From NCBI GenBank assembly GCA_964567895.1, contig CAZMOX010000004.1, positions 560-64,559 on the forward strand: a DNA stretch of 64,000 nucleotides. The letters run 5' to 3'. The position numbers were made by a program, and so were the translations under genes. This stretch comes from an uncultured Spirochaetales bacterium. GTDB lineage: Bacteria; Spirochaetota; Spirochaetia; JABMQR01. The notes beneath the pieces were generated by a model, which did no database searches, was not told the DNA's origin, and worked only from the letters and a program-made list of their open reading frames with translations. Positions 28,987 to 37,462 of the stretch are shown here, piece after piece. Numbering within the stretch: the stretch's first letter is position 1; each line of letters begins with the position of its first letter.

Positions 28987-29931
28987 TCATCGTAATTTTA
29001 GAATTCTTCCATCTATTAACATTAAACCGACAAACAGCAGAACAGCACCGGCAATGGTGTTAATGGTAAGAATTTCCCCCAATATTATGATACCGAGAAG
29101 GGAAGCGGTTACCGGAACAAGAAATGTTACCAGCAGTACATTTGTAGGACCTGCAGTAGCAAGTACCCTATAGTAGATAAGATATGCTGTGCCGGTACAA
29201 ACTACTCCCAGCATTACTGCAGCTCCAATTGCCATAAAACTGATACCGGGAATCAATGTCCATGGTTGTTCTATAATAAGTGCAGTAGGGATAGCAACAA
29301 CAGAGCCGCAGGTCAGCATGGCAGAAGCAGCTGTCAGCGGGCTGAACTTCTTAAATCTTCTCCCAAAAATTGCCGAAAGAGCATAGGAGCTTGATGCCCC
29401 CAAAACCGCAAATTGACCCCCGATATGCCCATCCATATGAAGTATAGCTCCCAGGCCAATAAGTACTGCAACTCCAAACCATCCGGTTATTACACCAATA
29501 ATACGATTTGGGGTGAGCTGATCATCTTTTGTTAAAATCGAGACAAGAATTACGCTGAATATTGGAGTAGTGGCATTTAGCAGCGAGCCCAGACTGCTGT
29601 CTATATACTGCAGTCCCCAGATGATAAGGCTGAAAGGAATAACATTGCTTAACAATCCCATTATGAGAAATTCTCCCCAATTTTTCCATGTGTTTGGAAG
29701 GTTTTCTCTTCTAACTGCCGATACAATCAGGAGGAAAACCGCTGCTATAGAGATTCTTGCAGCCATTATTGTCAATGGTGGTATTTCAGCTACAGCAAAC
29801 TTCATAAAGAAAAAGGAGCTTCCCCAAAAGACAGACAATAAGCCTATAAGTGCCCACTCTCTAATAGTCATTTGTTTATTAGCAGAACGCTCTCTTTTTA
29901 TATTTAGAGCTGGAGTAGTTGTCTTACTCAT
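28987..29931 (-). CDS. DMT-superfamily (EamA/RhaT-like) transporter
   Basis: 10 TM segments with two EamA repeats. Confidence 0.8.
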   Translation of the reverse strand: MSKTTTPALNIKRERSANKQMTIREWALIGLLSVFWGSSFFFMKFAVAEIPPLTIMAARISIAAVFLLIVSAVRRENLPNTWKNWGEFLIMGLLSNVIPFSLIIWGLQYIDSSLGSLLNATTPIFSVILVSILTKDDQLTPNRIIGVITGWFGVAVLIGLGAILHMDGHIGGQFAVLGASSSYALSAIFGRRFKKFSPLTAASAMLTCGSVVAIPTALIIEQPWTLIPGISFMAIGAAVMLGVVCTGTAYLIYYRVLATAGPTNVLLVTFLVPVTASLLGIIILGEILTINTIAGAVLLFVGLMLIDGRILKLR

Positions 29932-30198
29932 AATACGGCACCTTCTAAAGAGCTAAACTCTTTCATTATCTTAAGATTATCATACTATATAGAGTTTATT
30001 ATCAACCGGCTTTGTGAGAAAAGTTAGTAATAATCCTCATCATCTCTTGCCATGGTAGAACTTCATGATGATGAAGTTGCACAGTTGTCTGACTCTGTAA
30101 CCGATATGCTGAACTCGAACCCACAACACATGCATTTGCAGAGTATAGCACGGTACGGGAAGATGTAGCAAATAATTACCCTATCCCTTCGGGGAATT

Positions 30199-30462
30199 TT
30201 GTTGAAAATGCTTGCGGGTGGTACTATCCATGCCAATATTGCACGTCAGTTACTTGAATTGATTTTGGATCAGGATGAAGATCCTGAAATATTACTGGAA
30301 AGAGAGGGCCTGACCGGATCAAATGATAATGCAGAACTTGCAGCTATTCGAGGCCGCTTTGCAAAGAAGTTTGGTTTAATTAAGAAAGATGCTTTTGCCT
30401 GGGTAGTAGATTTTCCCCTATTTGAAGCGGATGATGAAGATGAAGAAGAGGATGACGATTAG
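30199..30462 (+). pseudogene. 87-aa ORF derived from the aspartyl-tRNA synthetase GAD-insertion region, with poly-acidic tail; likely gene fragment
   Basis: AIRGRFAKKFGLIKKDAFAWVVDFPLFEADDED parallels the AspRS segment ALRLKxGKxLxLxDxxKxxxLWVxDFPxFE. No catalytic core is present in any frame nearby. Confidence 0.35.
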
Positions 30463-30518
30463 ACGATTAGATCTAAAAAAGATTGACCCTTGAATTAAGG
30501 ACGTGTTATTCTCTGCTT

Positions 30519-31772
30519 ATGAGTATAGTTAAACCGAGTAAACTTGGAGTTATATCAGGACCTGGAACTGAGGCCTTTTCTTCGAAGGTACTTAAGCATC
30601 TCAGGAAGCTGTATACAATACGTTACAAAAAATTATCATCAGCTCTGGCAAAACGTCATGAGATGGGTGAAACAGAGATATTGAAATTTGTAACCTTGAT
30701 TGAGGACCTGAACAACAAACGGATTCCACATAATAAACCTGCAAGCACCTATCAGGCTCTAAATCTGGAAATACCGGTTAGATATACTAAATTTGCTAAT
30801 GGTGAAGTTAAGGCAGAAATTCTGCAGTCAGTCAGGAGTCTTCGGGTCTTCATTATTTATGATTTATCTATTCAGTATCCTGTACATATTTTTGGGCCGG
30901 ATGAACCGGAAATTCTTAGTATAAACGATCATCTTATGTTTCTTTACAATACTATTAATGCCGTGAATGTGGCAGGTGCAGAGAGTGTTCAGTTAGTTCT
31001 TCCTACATACCCCTATTCCCGTCAACATAAAAAAAGTGGCCGTGAGGCTCTTACCGCCAGTTGGTTTGGCCATATCTGTGAGTTCATGGGTGTAGATCGA
31101 ATAATTACTCTCGATATCCACTCAAGAGAGATTGAGAACAGTTTTCATACACTGCGCCTGGAGAATCTGCATGCGAGTTACCAAATTCTTCTTCAGTTAA
31201 AAAAACTGGTGAAGTTTGATGACCCTGATCTTGCCGTGGTAAGCCCCGATACCGGTGCAATTCTGAGAAATAAGTTTTATGCTGAAAGTCTGCAAAAACC
31301 TCTCGCTTTACTCTATAAAGAGAGGGATTATTCCAAAATCAGCCGGAATGCGAACAACACAAACATCAAAGTGGTGAAATTACTTGGTGAAGTGGAAGGG
31401 AAAACAGTCTTCATGGCTGATGATATGATTGGTACCGGTGGGACTCTTTTAACTGCTATGCGTGAAATTCGTAAATGCGGGGCAAAAAAAATCATCTGTG
31501 CAATTAGTCTGCCGTTTTTTAACAAAAACTCGATAGAGGTTTTTGACGAAGCATATAAGAGTGGACTTTTTTACCGTATTATTGGTACCAATGCGGTGTA
31601 TCATGATCAGACTCTACTTAGTAAAGAGTGGTACATACATACCGATGTTTCGGATCTCTTTGCACGTATTATATCCAGGCTGCACCATGGCAGATCCTTG
31701 AGTCCTCTTCTTGATAATAGAAAATTTATTCAGAATCTGATTAATGTTAATAATGAAAAGAAGGGCACGTAG
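30519..31772 (+). CDS. prs: Ribose-phosphate pyrophosphokinase (PRPP synthetase), long form with N-terminal insertion
   Basis: PYSRQHKK, DIHS and the PRPP-binding loop DDMIGTGGTL. A ~55-aa insertion precedes the flexible-loop region. The start is ATG 30519 or TTG 30483. Confidence 0.75.
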   Translation: MSIVKPSKLGVISGPGTEAFSSKVLKHLRKLYTIRYKKLSSALAKRHEMGETEILKFVTLIEDLNNKRIPHNKPASTYQALNLEIPVRYTKFANGEVKAEILQSVRSLRVFIIYDLSIQYPVHIFGPDEPEILSINDHLMFLYNTINAVNVAGAESVQLVLPTYPYSRQHKKSGREALTASWFGHICEFMGVDRIITLDIHSREIENSFHTLRLENLHASYQILLQLKKLVKFDDPDLAVVSPDTGAILRNKFYAESLQKPLALLYKERDYSKISRNANNTNIKVVKLLGEVEGKTVFMADDMIGTGGTLLTAMREIRKCGAKKIICAISLPFFNKNSIEVFDEAYKSGLFYRIIGTNAVYHDQTLLSKEWYIHTDVSDLFARIISRLHHGRSLSPLLDNRKFIQNLINVNNEKKGT

Positions 31773-31783
31773 TAGAACTGAAT

Positions 31784-32344
31784 TTACAATCTAGTACTAG
31801 TGTTTTTTGCACTCTTTTTTACCTCTTCATATTCAAAATTAATAAGAAAAGTTTTATCGTTTAACAGGAATTTGACTTTTACTCTGCGTTTTCGCCTGTC
31901 CACTTTTATAATTTTCCCTTCACAGTCTTTCAGAGGTCCTGACAGGGGTATGACTTTATTGTTTTTATCAAAGGATACAACTGATCTTTTGGTTGTTTCA
32001 CCAGTAGCAGTAAGTTGTATCAGCAGCTCTCTATCATTGTTTGAAAGTGGAATCAGTTCTCCTTTATCATTTCTCATATATCTCATAAAACCCGGAATTG
32101 ATCTAAGCAGGGTTCTGTCTTCCGGTTCAATACAATCACTAACCAGGAATATATAACCGGGGAAAATTGGTTTTATCACTTGCTGTTCTTTGCCCTTTTT
32201 TCGAATGGTTAATTGGCGTTTTGGTACTACAAGCTGAAATCCCGGTTTGCTGCCTGCCAGGTTTTTTACATGAATGATATAGGTCTCTTCTTTTCCGGTA
32301 GCTACCTGAATCAGATAGATTGCACTATTAGAAATATTATTCAT
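31784..32344 (-). CDS. NusG-family paralog (NGN + KOW; LoaP/UpxY/RfaH-like specialised antiterminator)
   Basis: NGN-like N-terminus IYLIQVATGKE...PGYIFLV and KOW GPLKDCEGKIIKVDRRKRRVKVKF. It is too short and divergent for housekeeping NusG. Confidence 0.6.
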   Translation of the reverse strand: MNNISNSAIYLIQVATGKEETYIIHVKNLAGSKPGFQLVVPKRQLTIRKKGKEQQVIKPIFPGYIFLVSDCIEPEDRTLLRSIPGFMRYMRNDKGELIPLSNNDRELLIQLTATGETTKRSVVSFDKNNKVIPLSGPLKDCEGKIIKVDRRKRRVKVKFLLNDKTFLINFEYEEVKKSAKNTSTRL

Positions 32345-32371
32345 ACTACTCCACTGGTAAAACAGAGATGT

Positions 32372-32878
32372 TTAGGAAAGTTGTTTTTCCATCCACTGAA
32401 TATCACGGTATTTTCCGAACTTAAAACCAGATTCAGTAAACAGACCCACTTTTTTAAATTGGAATTTGTTATGCAGAGAAACAGATACAGGATTAGGTAT
32501 GGTTATGCATGCATATACTCTGTGGATGTCGGTCTCTTCCAGGAGTGAGAAAAGTTTTGCATAAAGATTGAATCCTGCTCCGCGGCCGGTATAATCCGGA
32601 TGCATATAAATACTGGATTCAACTGAGGTTGCATATGCAGCTTTTTCTCTAAAGATGCTGGTACATGCATAACCGATTACCGTATTGTCCAGCATAGCCG
32701 TAATCAGTTTATATCTGCTTTCAGGAGTGTGATAATTAAACCACTCCTGACGATTCTCAATAGTTACCGGTTCAAGGTCGAACGTGGCAGTAGTATGCCT
32801 GATGTAGTGATTATAAATTGAGGTAATATCCGGAATGTCAACGTGTTCGGCATATCTATAGTGTATTGAATTTTCCAT
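32372..32878 (-). CDS. GNAT-family N-acetyltransferase (phosphinothricin-acetyltransferase-like)
   Basis: Acetyl-CoA binding region HPDYTGRGAGFNLYAKL; 168 aa. Confidence 0.8.
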   Translation of the reverse strand: MENSIHYRYAEHVDIPDITSIYNHYIRHTTATFDLEPVTIENRQEWFNYHTPESRYKLITAMLDNTVIGYACTSIFREKAAYATSVESSIYMHPDYTGRGAGFNLYAKLFSLLEETDIHRVYACITIPNPVSVSLHNKFQFKKVGLFTESGFKFGKYRDIQWMEKQLS

Positions 32879-33055
32879 GGATGGTATTGTACGAGAAAAT
32901 TCAATATATGCCTAGGAGCCTGTCGGGATTAATTCCACTCATTGTGACAATCAAATTTGTATAGAATTGATAGTGAAAATACAGTATAGTAAAATGAGGC
33001 TGGAATTAGTACTACATATATTGTTTTTTGATCATCTATTTGTGGAGGGACAAAA

Positions 33056-34120
33056 TTGAGTCAGACTAGCAGGGATCAGTTAAATCTGGAAGAGTCCCAA
33101 GATCTCTATTTTTCTCTTCAGAAATATCCATGGGTTTACCCGATAATAATGATGATTCTGTCATTTTTAGATTCTGGCTTACTGCTTCTCTATTATAAAT
33201 GGCAATATCTGGAAGGAAGAGCAGTTCTGCCGCAGCTTCTGGCTTTACATGTTGTAGTATTTATCATTGTTGTTATAATTCGGCGAAGCTCATCACCACA
33301 GACAAGGGAAATATCACCCCTTATGTTTCTCATTCTTCCCGGTGTAGGGAGCTTATTGTTCAGCCTTTCCTATCTGGTTCTCTATTTTGTAGGATCCAAG
33401 TTTGTGAAAAAAGAGCTGAGACACTCCTATATGGATGAGGATGTAAAATATAATAAAGATGTATCAATTGATTTTAAACAAATCGGACGATTGATGGATA
33501 TGGCGGGAGTTTTCTCATACTCTGACTCCTCCCACAAAAAAGATATGATTGTTGACCTGTTATCCGGAGATATTTCTGCAAACTCAAAACTGCTGAAACA
33601 GGGTTTAGGAGACAAAGATCCTGAAGTGGTGCATTATACTGCATCAACGCTTAATTATATGGAAGAAAAGTATGAAAAAGCCATTCAGACAGCAAGAGCT
33701 GCCTGTGTGGAGAAACTTACACGAAAAAAACTAATGAATGTAGCCGTATTATATGAAGATTATATGAATTCAGGACTGCTTGAAGACGATATACTTCCAA
33801 TTTATCGAAATAGTTATTTGCAGGTTCTTGAGCTGGTATTAAAGGAGTTCGGCAGGGATGAAGAGATCCTGGAATTGCTGATTCAGGGCTATCTGATCAA
33901 TGATCAACCCCATGATGCTGAAATTATTTTGCTGGAAGCTGTTTCTATTTTTCCTCAAAGTCTTATTATTAGATTTGCACAAATGAAGTTCTACTACAGT
34001 TTGAATAAGCTGAAAGATCTTGTGAGTATAGCCCAGATCATTCTTGATATGCCCCTTGAATTAACTAAAGAGCAGAAGGGGATGATTGACTTTTGGCTTC
34101 AGGAGGATCATCCGGCATGA
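33056..34120 (+). CDS. pelE: PelE-like inner-membrane protein (N-terminal TM helices + helical/TPR-like cytoplasmic domain)
   Basis: Three hydrophobic segments followed by a ~230-aa helical domain. The gene immediately precedes pelF and its stop overlaps the pelF start. TTG start 6 nt after GGAGGG. Confidence 0.45.
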   Translation: MSQTSRDQLNLEESQDLYFSLQKYPWVYPIIMMILSFLDSGLLLLYYKWQYLEGRAVLPQLLALHVVVFIIVVIIRRSSSPQTREISPLMFLILPGVGSLLFSLSYLVLYFVGSKFVKKELRHSYMDEDVKYNKDVSIDFKQIGRLMDMAGVFSYSDSSHKKDMIVDLLSGDISANSKLLKQGLGDKDPEVVHYTASTLNYMEEKYEKAIQTARAACVEKLTRKKLMNVAVLYEDYMNSGLLEDDILPIYRNSYLQVLELVLKEFGRDEEILELLIQGYLINDQPHDAEIILLEAVSIFPQSLIIRFAQMKFYYSLNKLKDLVSIAQIILDMPLELTKEQKGMIDFWLQEDHPA

Positions 34121-35637
34121 GTAGAAGAAGCAAAGCCCTATTCAGAGGAAAGTTGGATCCGAAAAAAACCCGGCAGTGGGGTAAACCTGGAATTGATCTT
34201 GAGCCCGATGGGAAAACAATTTGCTTAATTCTTGAAGGAGCATACCCTTATGTTGCAGGAGGTGTTTCATCATGGATTCAGCAAATGGTTACAAGGATGA
34301 AAGATTATCGTTTTAAAATACTTACTATAATGGCATCTGATGAAAAAGATATGGAGCTTAAGTATACATTTCCGGATAATATAATAGAGTTCAGAACAAT
34401 TTTCCTCTATGAATATCTCAATGTTAGGCAGGAGCGCTTTCGGAAAAAACTTCTACTTACCACAGAAGAGAGAGAGCAGCTTCGAAAATTCATTCTATTT
34501 GACAGAAGTGTTGACTGGGATATGATTACAGATATTATTTGCCGGGAGGATAAAATAGGAAATACTATTGATTTTCTTATGAGCTATGATTTTTTTGATG
34601 AACTCATTGTTCTCTATCATACAAAATATGAGGGTGAAGGATTTAATATTTTCTTTTGGACATTCCGTTCAATGTTGGCAACCTTGATCTGTGTTATGCA
34701 GCAGCCGATGCCCAATGCAGATCTGTATCATGCTATATCTACGGGATATGCAGGTCTTATGGGATTGATTGCAAAAAACTCCTATAAAAAGCCCTTTCTC
34801 CTTACTGAACATGGGATTTATGCCAGAGAGCGGGAGGAAGAACTGCTAAAGGCAGATTGGGTTAAAGGAGTATACAAATATCTTTGGATAGACTATTTCT
34901 ACTTTTTGTCGGTTGGTGCATATAAGACCGCAAACAAGACCATAGCACTATTTCGTCTCAACAGAGAAATTCAGGTCTCTTTGGGAGTAACCCCGAGGAA
35001 TGCTCTGGTAATACCAAATGGGGTAGATGACAGCACTTTTCCGAAGGAGAAAGAGGATCATCCTGAGATTAATGTAGCGGCAATTCTCCGGGTTGTACCC
35101 ATTAAGGATGTAAAAACACTTATACGTGCTTTTAATTTCGTAGTAAGGGCATATCCGGAGGCGCGGCTGCTGTTAATCGGACCCGCAGAAGAGGATGAAG
35201 AGTATGCAAAGGAGTGCATAAATTTAATTGATGATCTGGGATTGAAAGAGGTCATTATATTTACCGGACAAGTAAATATAAAGGAGTATATGCCTAAAAT
35301 TGATATGATAGTTCTGACTTCCATATCAGAAGCACAGCCCCTTGTCATTTTGGAAGCTTATGCCTGTGCTACAGCAGTTGTTGCAACGGATGTTGGTTCA
35401 TGCCGGGAGCTTGTTGAAGGTGATGGTGATGAGTTTGGTTTTGGTGGAATTATCACAAAACCGGTATCCCCTAAAGAGACAGCTGAGGCGATAATGAAAT
35501 TGTGTGCAGATCCTGAATTGAGAAAAGAGTATGGAAACAACGGATTGGCAAGAATTAGGAAATTGTACAATAGTAAGAATGTCTTTAGAACTTATGCACG
35601 AACGTATGAACAAATATTAGAGGATGCGACACTTTAG
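34117..35637 (+). CDS. pelF: PelF-like GT4 glycosyltransferase (DUF3492 N-domain + GT1/GT4 C-domain)
   Basis: ICLILEGAYPYVAGGVSSWIQQMV matches the PelF N-terminal signature. C-terminal GT4 fold motif EAQPLVILEAYACATAVVATDVG. AGGAGG RBS; ATGA overlap with the upstream stop. Confidence 0.85.
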   Translation: MSRRSKALFRGKLDPKKTRQWGKPGIDLEPDGKTICLILEGAYPYVAGGVSSWIQQMVTRMKDYRFKILTIMASDEKDMELKYTFPDNIIEFRTIFLYEYLNVRQERFRKKLLLTTEEREQLRKFILFDRSVDWDMITDIICREDKIGNTIDFLMSYDFFDELIVLYHTKYEGEGFNIFFWTFRSMLATLICVMQQPMPNADLYHAISTGYAGLMGLIAKNSYKKPFLLTEHGIYAREREEELLKADWVKGVYKYLWIDYFYFLSVGAYKTANKTIALFRLNREIQVSLGVTPRNALVIPNGVDDSTFPKEKEDHPEINVAAILRVVPIKDVKTLIRAFNFVVRAYPEARLLLIGPAEEDEEYAKECINLIDDLGLKEVIIFTGQVNIKEYMPKIDMIVLTSISEAQPLVILEAYACATAVVATDVGSCRELVEGDGDEFGFGGIITKPVSPKETAEAIMKLCADPELRKEYGNNGLARIRKLYNSKNVFRTYARTYEQILEDATL

Positions 35638-37368
35638 ATGGCTGGAATTGGATTTTCACTTAGAAAAATGATGAAAGAAGGGGATAATTACGGCACGCAG
35701 GTTCGTGCCTGGTTTCATACCTCTATTGTCGCTGCCGGTCCCTGGATTATAAGTATTGTAACGATAAATTTGCTTATGATTTTCTCACGCAAGTGGGATG
35801 TTCCCTATGCTGAACGGGAACTTATTATAGCAGCAGTTGTCTATTCAACGCTTTTCTCGCAGATTCTCACAGCACCATTTCAGATGCTGATTACCCGATA
35901 TATCGCAGATAGAATTTACACCAGTGAATATGAGTATATTAAACCATCATTCTGGGGACTCACTCTAATAATGCTTGTGCTAAGCTTTGGTTTGGCTATT
36001 TTTTTTTATCGTGGCAGCGGGCTTCCTAATGAATTTATCTATGTTGCTGCTGCTTTATTTATCTTATTGTCAATTCTCTGGATACTTAATGTCTATTTAT
36101 CCACTATGAAAAATTTCAAGCTTATCACTTTTTCCAACTTGTTAGGGGCAATAATTACTTTTGCTGTAATTCTATTTTTAACTAATAATCCAATTAAATT
36201 TCCAGAGATGCAGGGGGCTACAAATTTGCTCCTGTCCTATTTAATAGGTATGTTTGTAACACTGTTATTCTTATTAGTTGTTCTGATGTCTGAATTGGGG
36301 GAAGACAATGGAAAGGTTTTTCACTTTATCCGTTATTTCCATGCAGTGCCCAGTCTTTGGCCTATCGGTTTACTTTATACCGCTTCATTATGGGTTGATA
36401 ATATAATTATGTGGTTTTCTCCCATAAGTTTGAATCTGTATGGTGTCTACCGGTATGCACCATTTTATGATGTAGCTTCATTCTATGCCTATCTTTCCAT
36501 ATTACCCTCTATAATGATGTTTATGGTTTTAATAGAGACCGACTTTTATGTGAAATGCCGTGAATTTTATCTTGCAGTAATAGAGAACGGCCCGCTAAAA
36601 GAGCTTGAATCATTTGCTAAAAGAATGCGTGAATCTTTATTTCAGAATGTCTTAACAACCGTTGAACTGCAGTTATTTATTACTCTACTGATAATAGCAC
36701 TCTCTTCAACACTTTTTCCATTGCTTAATGTTCCTGATGCTACCAGGAGAATCTTTGTCATTTACTCTTTGGGGGCAATGTGTAACTCATTTATTCTCAT
36801 TTTTTTGCAAGTACTTCTCTACATAGGTGAACGTAACAGAGCTATGTTTCTTATGGGACTATTCTTTTTCTCTAATTTTGTTTTTACACTGATAAGTATG
36901 AATATGGGGGAGAACTTCTATGGAGCTGGTTTTTTTGTTTCTTCCTTCCTAACCATGATTGCAGGGGCTTTTGTCTCCTATAACAGCTATCATCGGGTTA
37001 TTCAGCATACCTTTATGACACAGCCTGTATTTACCCGGGAGAGAGAAAAAGTATTTGAAAGATTAGAGAAGTGGGTTGATGATCGAATGGTTGCAAAGGA
37101 TTCATTTGAACTAAAGTTTCTCAGGCAGAAAGACAAGCAGAAAACAGCAGCTGCTGCCACTGTGAAACAGAATTCTTATTCAGGGAGCAAGCGTGCCTCT
37201 GCTCACTCTGGTCAACAGGCTGCTGGTTATGGTTCTGGTATGACTAAAACTGAAAGTAATTGGGAGACTCCCTATCGTAAGCCTTTTGGTAGTGATAAGA
37301 GTCCTGTGATGGCAACACGATCTCAACGATATGTACATAAATATTATAAGTTTGGGAAAAAGAGTTAA
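35638..37368 (+). CDS. pelG: PelG-like polysaccharide exporter (12-TM MOP-like) with ~110-aa basic low-complexity C-terminal extension
   Basis: N-terminus MAGIGFSLRKMMKEGDNYGTQVRAWFHTSIVAAGPWIISI closely parallels the PelG N-terminus (MAGIGFELRKIL...). Multiple TM segments. Confidence 0.85.
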   Translation: MAGIGFSLRKMMKEGDNYGTQVRAWFHTSIVAAGPWIISIVTINLLMIFSRKWDVPYAERELIIAAVVYSTLFSQILTAPFQMLITRYIADRIYTSEYEYIKPSFWGLTLIMLVLSFGLAIFFYRGSGLPNEFIYVAAALFILLSILWILNVYLSTMKNFKLITFSNLLGAIITFAVILFLTNNPIKFPEMQGATNLLLSYLIGMFVTLLFLLVVLMSELGEDNGKVFHFIRYFHAVPSLWPIGLLYTASLWVDNIIMWFSPISLNLYGVYRYAPFYDVASFYAYLSILPSIMMFMVLIETDFYVKCREFYLAVIENGPLKELESFAKRMRESLFQNVLTTVELQLFITLLIIALSSTLFPLLNVPDATRRIFVIYSLGAMCNSFILIFLQVLLYIGERNRAMFLMGLFFFSNFVFTLISMNMGENFYGAGFFVSSFLTMIAGAFVSYNSYHRVIQHTFMTQPVFTREREKVFERLEKWVDDRMVAKDSFELKFLRQKDKQKTAAAATVKQNSYSGSKRASAHSGQQAAGYGSGMTKTESNWETPYRKPFGSDKSPVMATRSQRYVHKYYKFGKKS

Positions 37369-37421
37369 TTTCAAAAATCCAAGAAATTAAATCTGTGATT
37401 TAATTCGATTTTTGAAATTAA
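37365..37421. terminator. Long nested AT-rich palindrome between convergent pelG and the 618-aa gene; candidate bidirectional terminator
   Basis: Outer 15-nt arms TTAATTTCAAAAATC / GATTTTTGAAATTAA, plus inner arms GAAATTAAATC / GATTTAATTC around a tgt loop. The left arm overlaps the pelG stop codon. Confidence 0.35.
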
Positions 37422-37462
37422 CTAAAAAATTCACATCCATCAAAAACTTCTGACGTTAATTA

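Noticed and set aside
30483-30518. TTG start at 30483 for the PRPP synthetase (extra MTLELRTCYSLL N-terminus)
   Set aside because: ATG 30519 begins the PRS-conserved region (MSIVKPSKLGVISGPG), and the extension has no RBS or homology. The longer start is kept only as a possibility.
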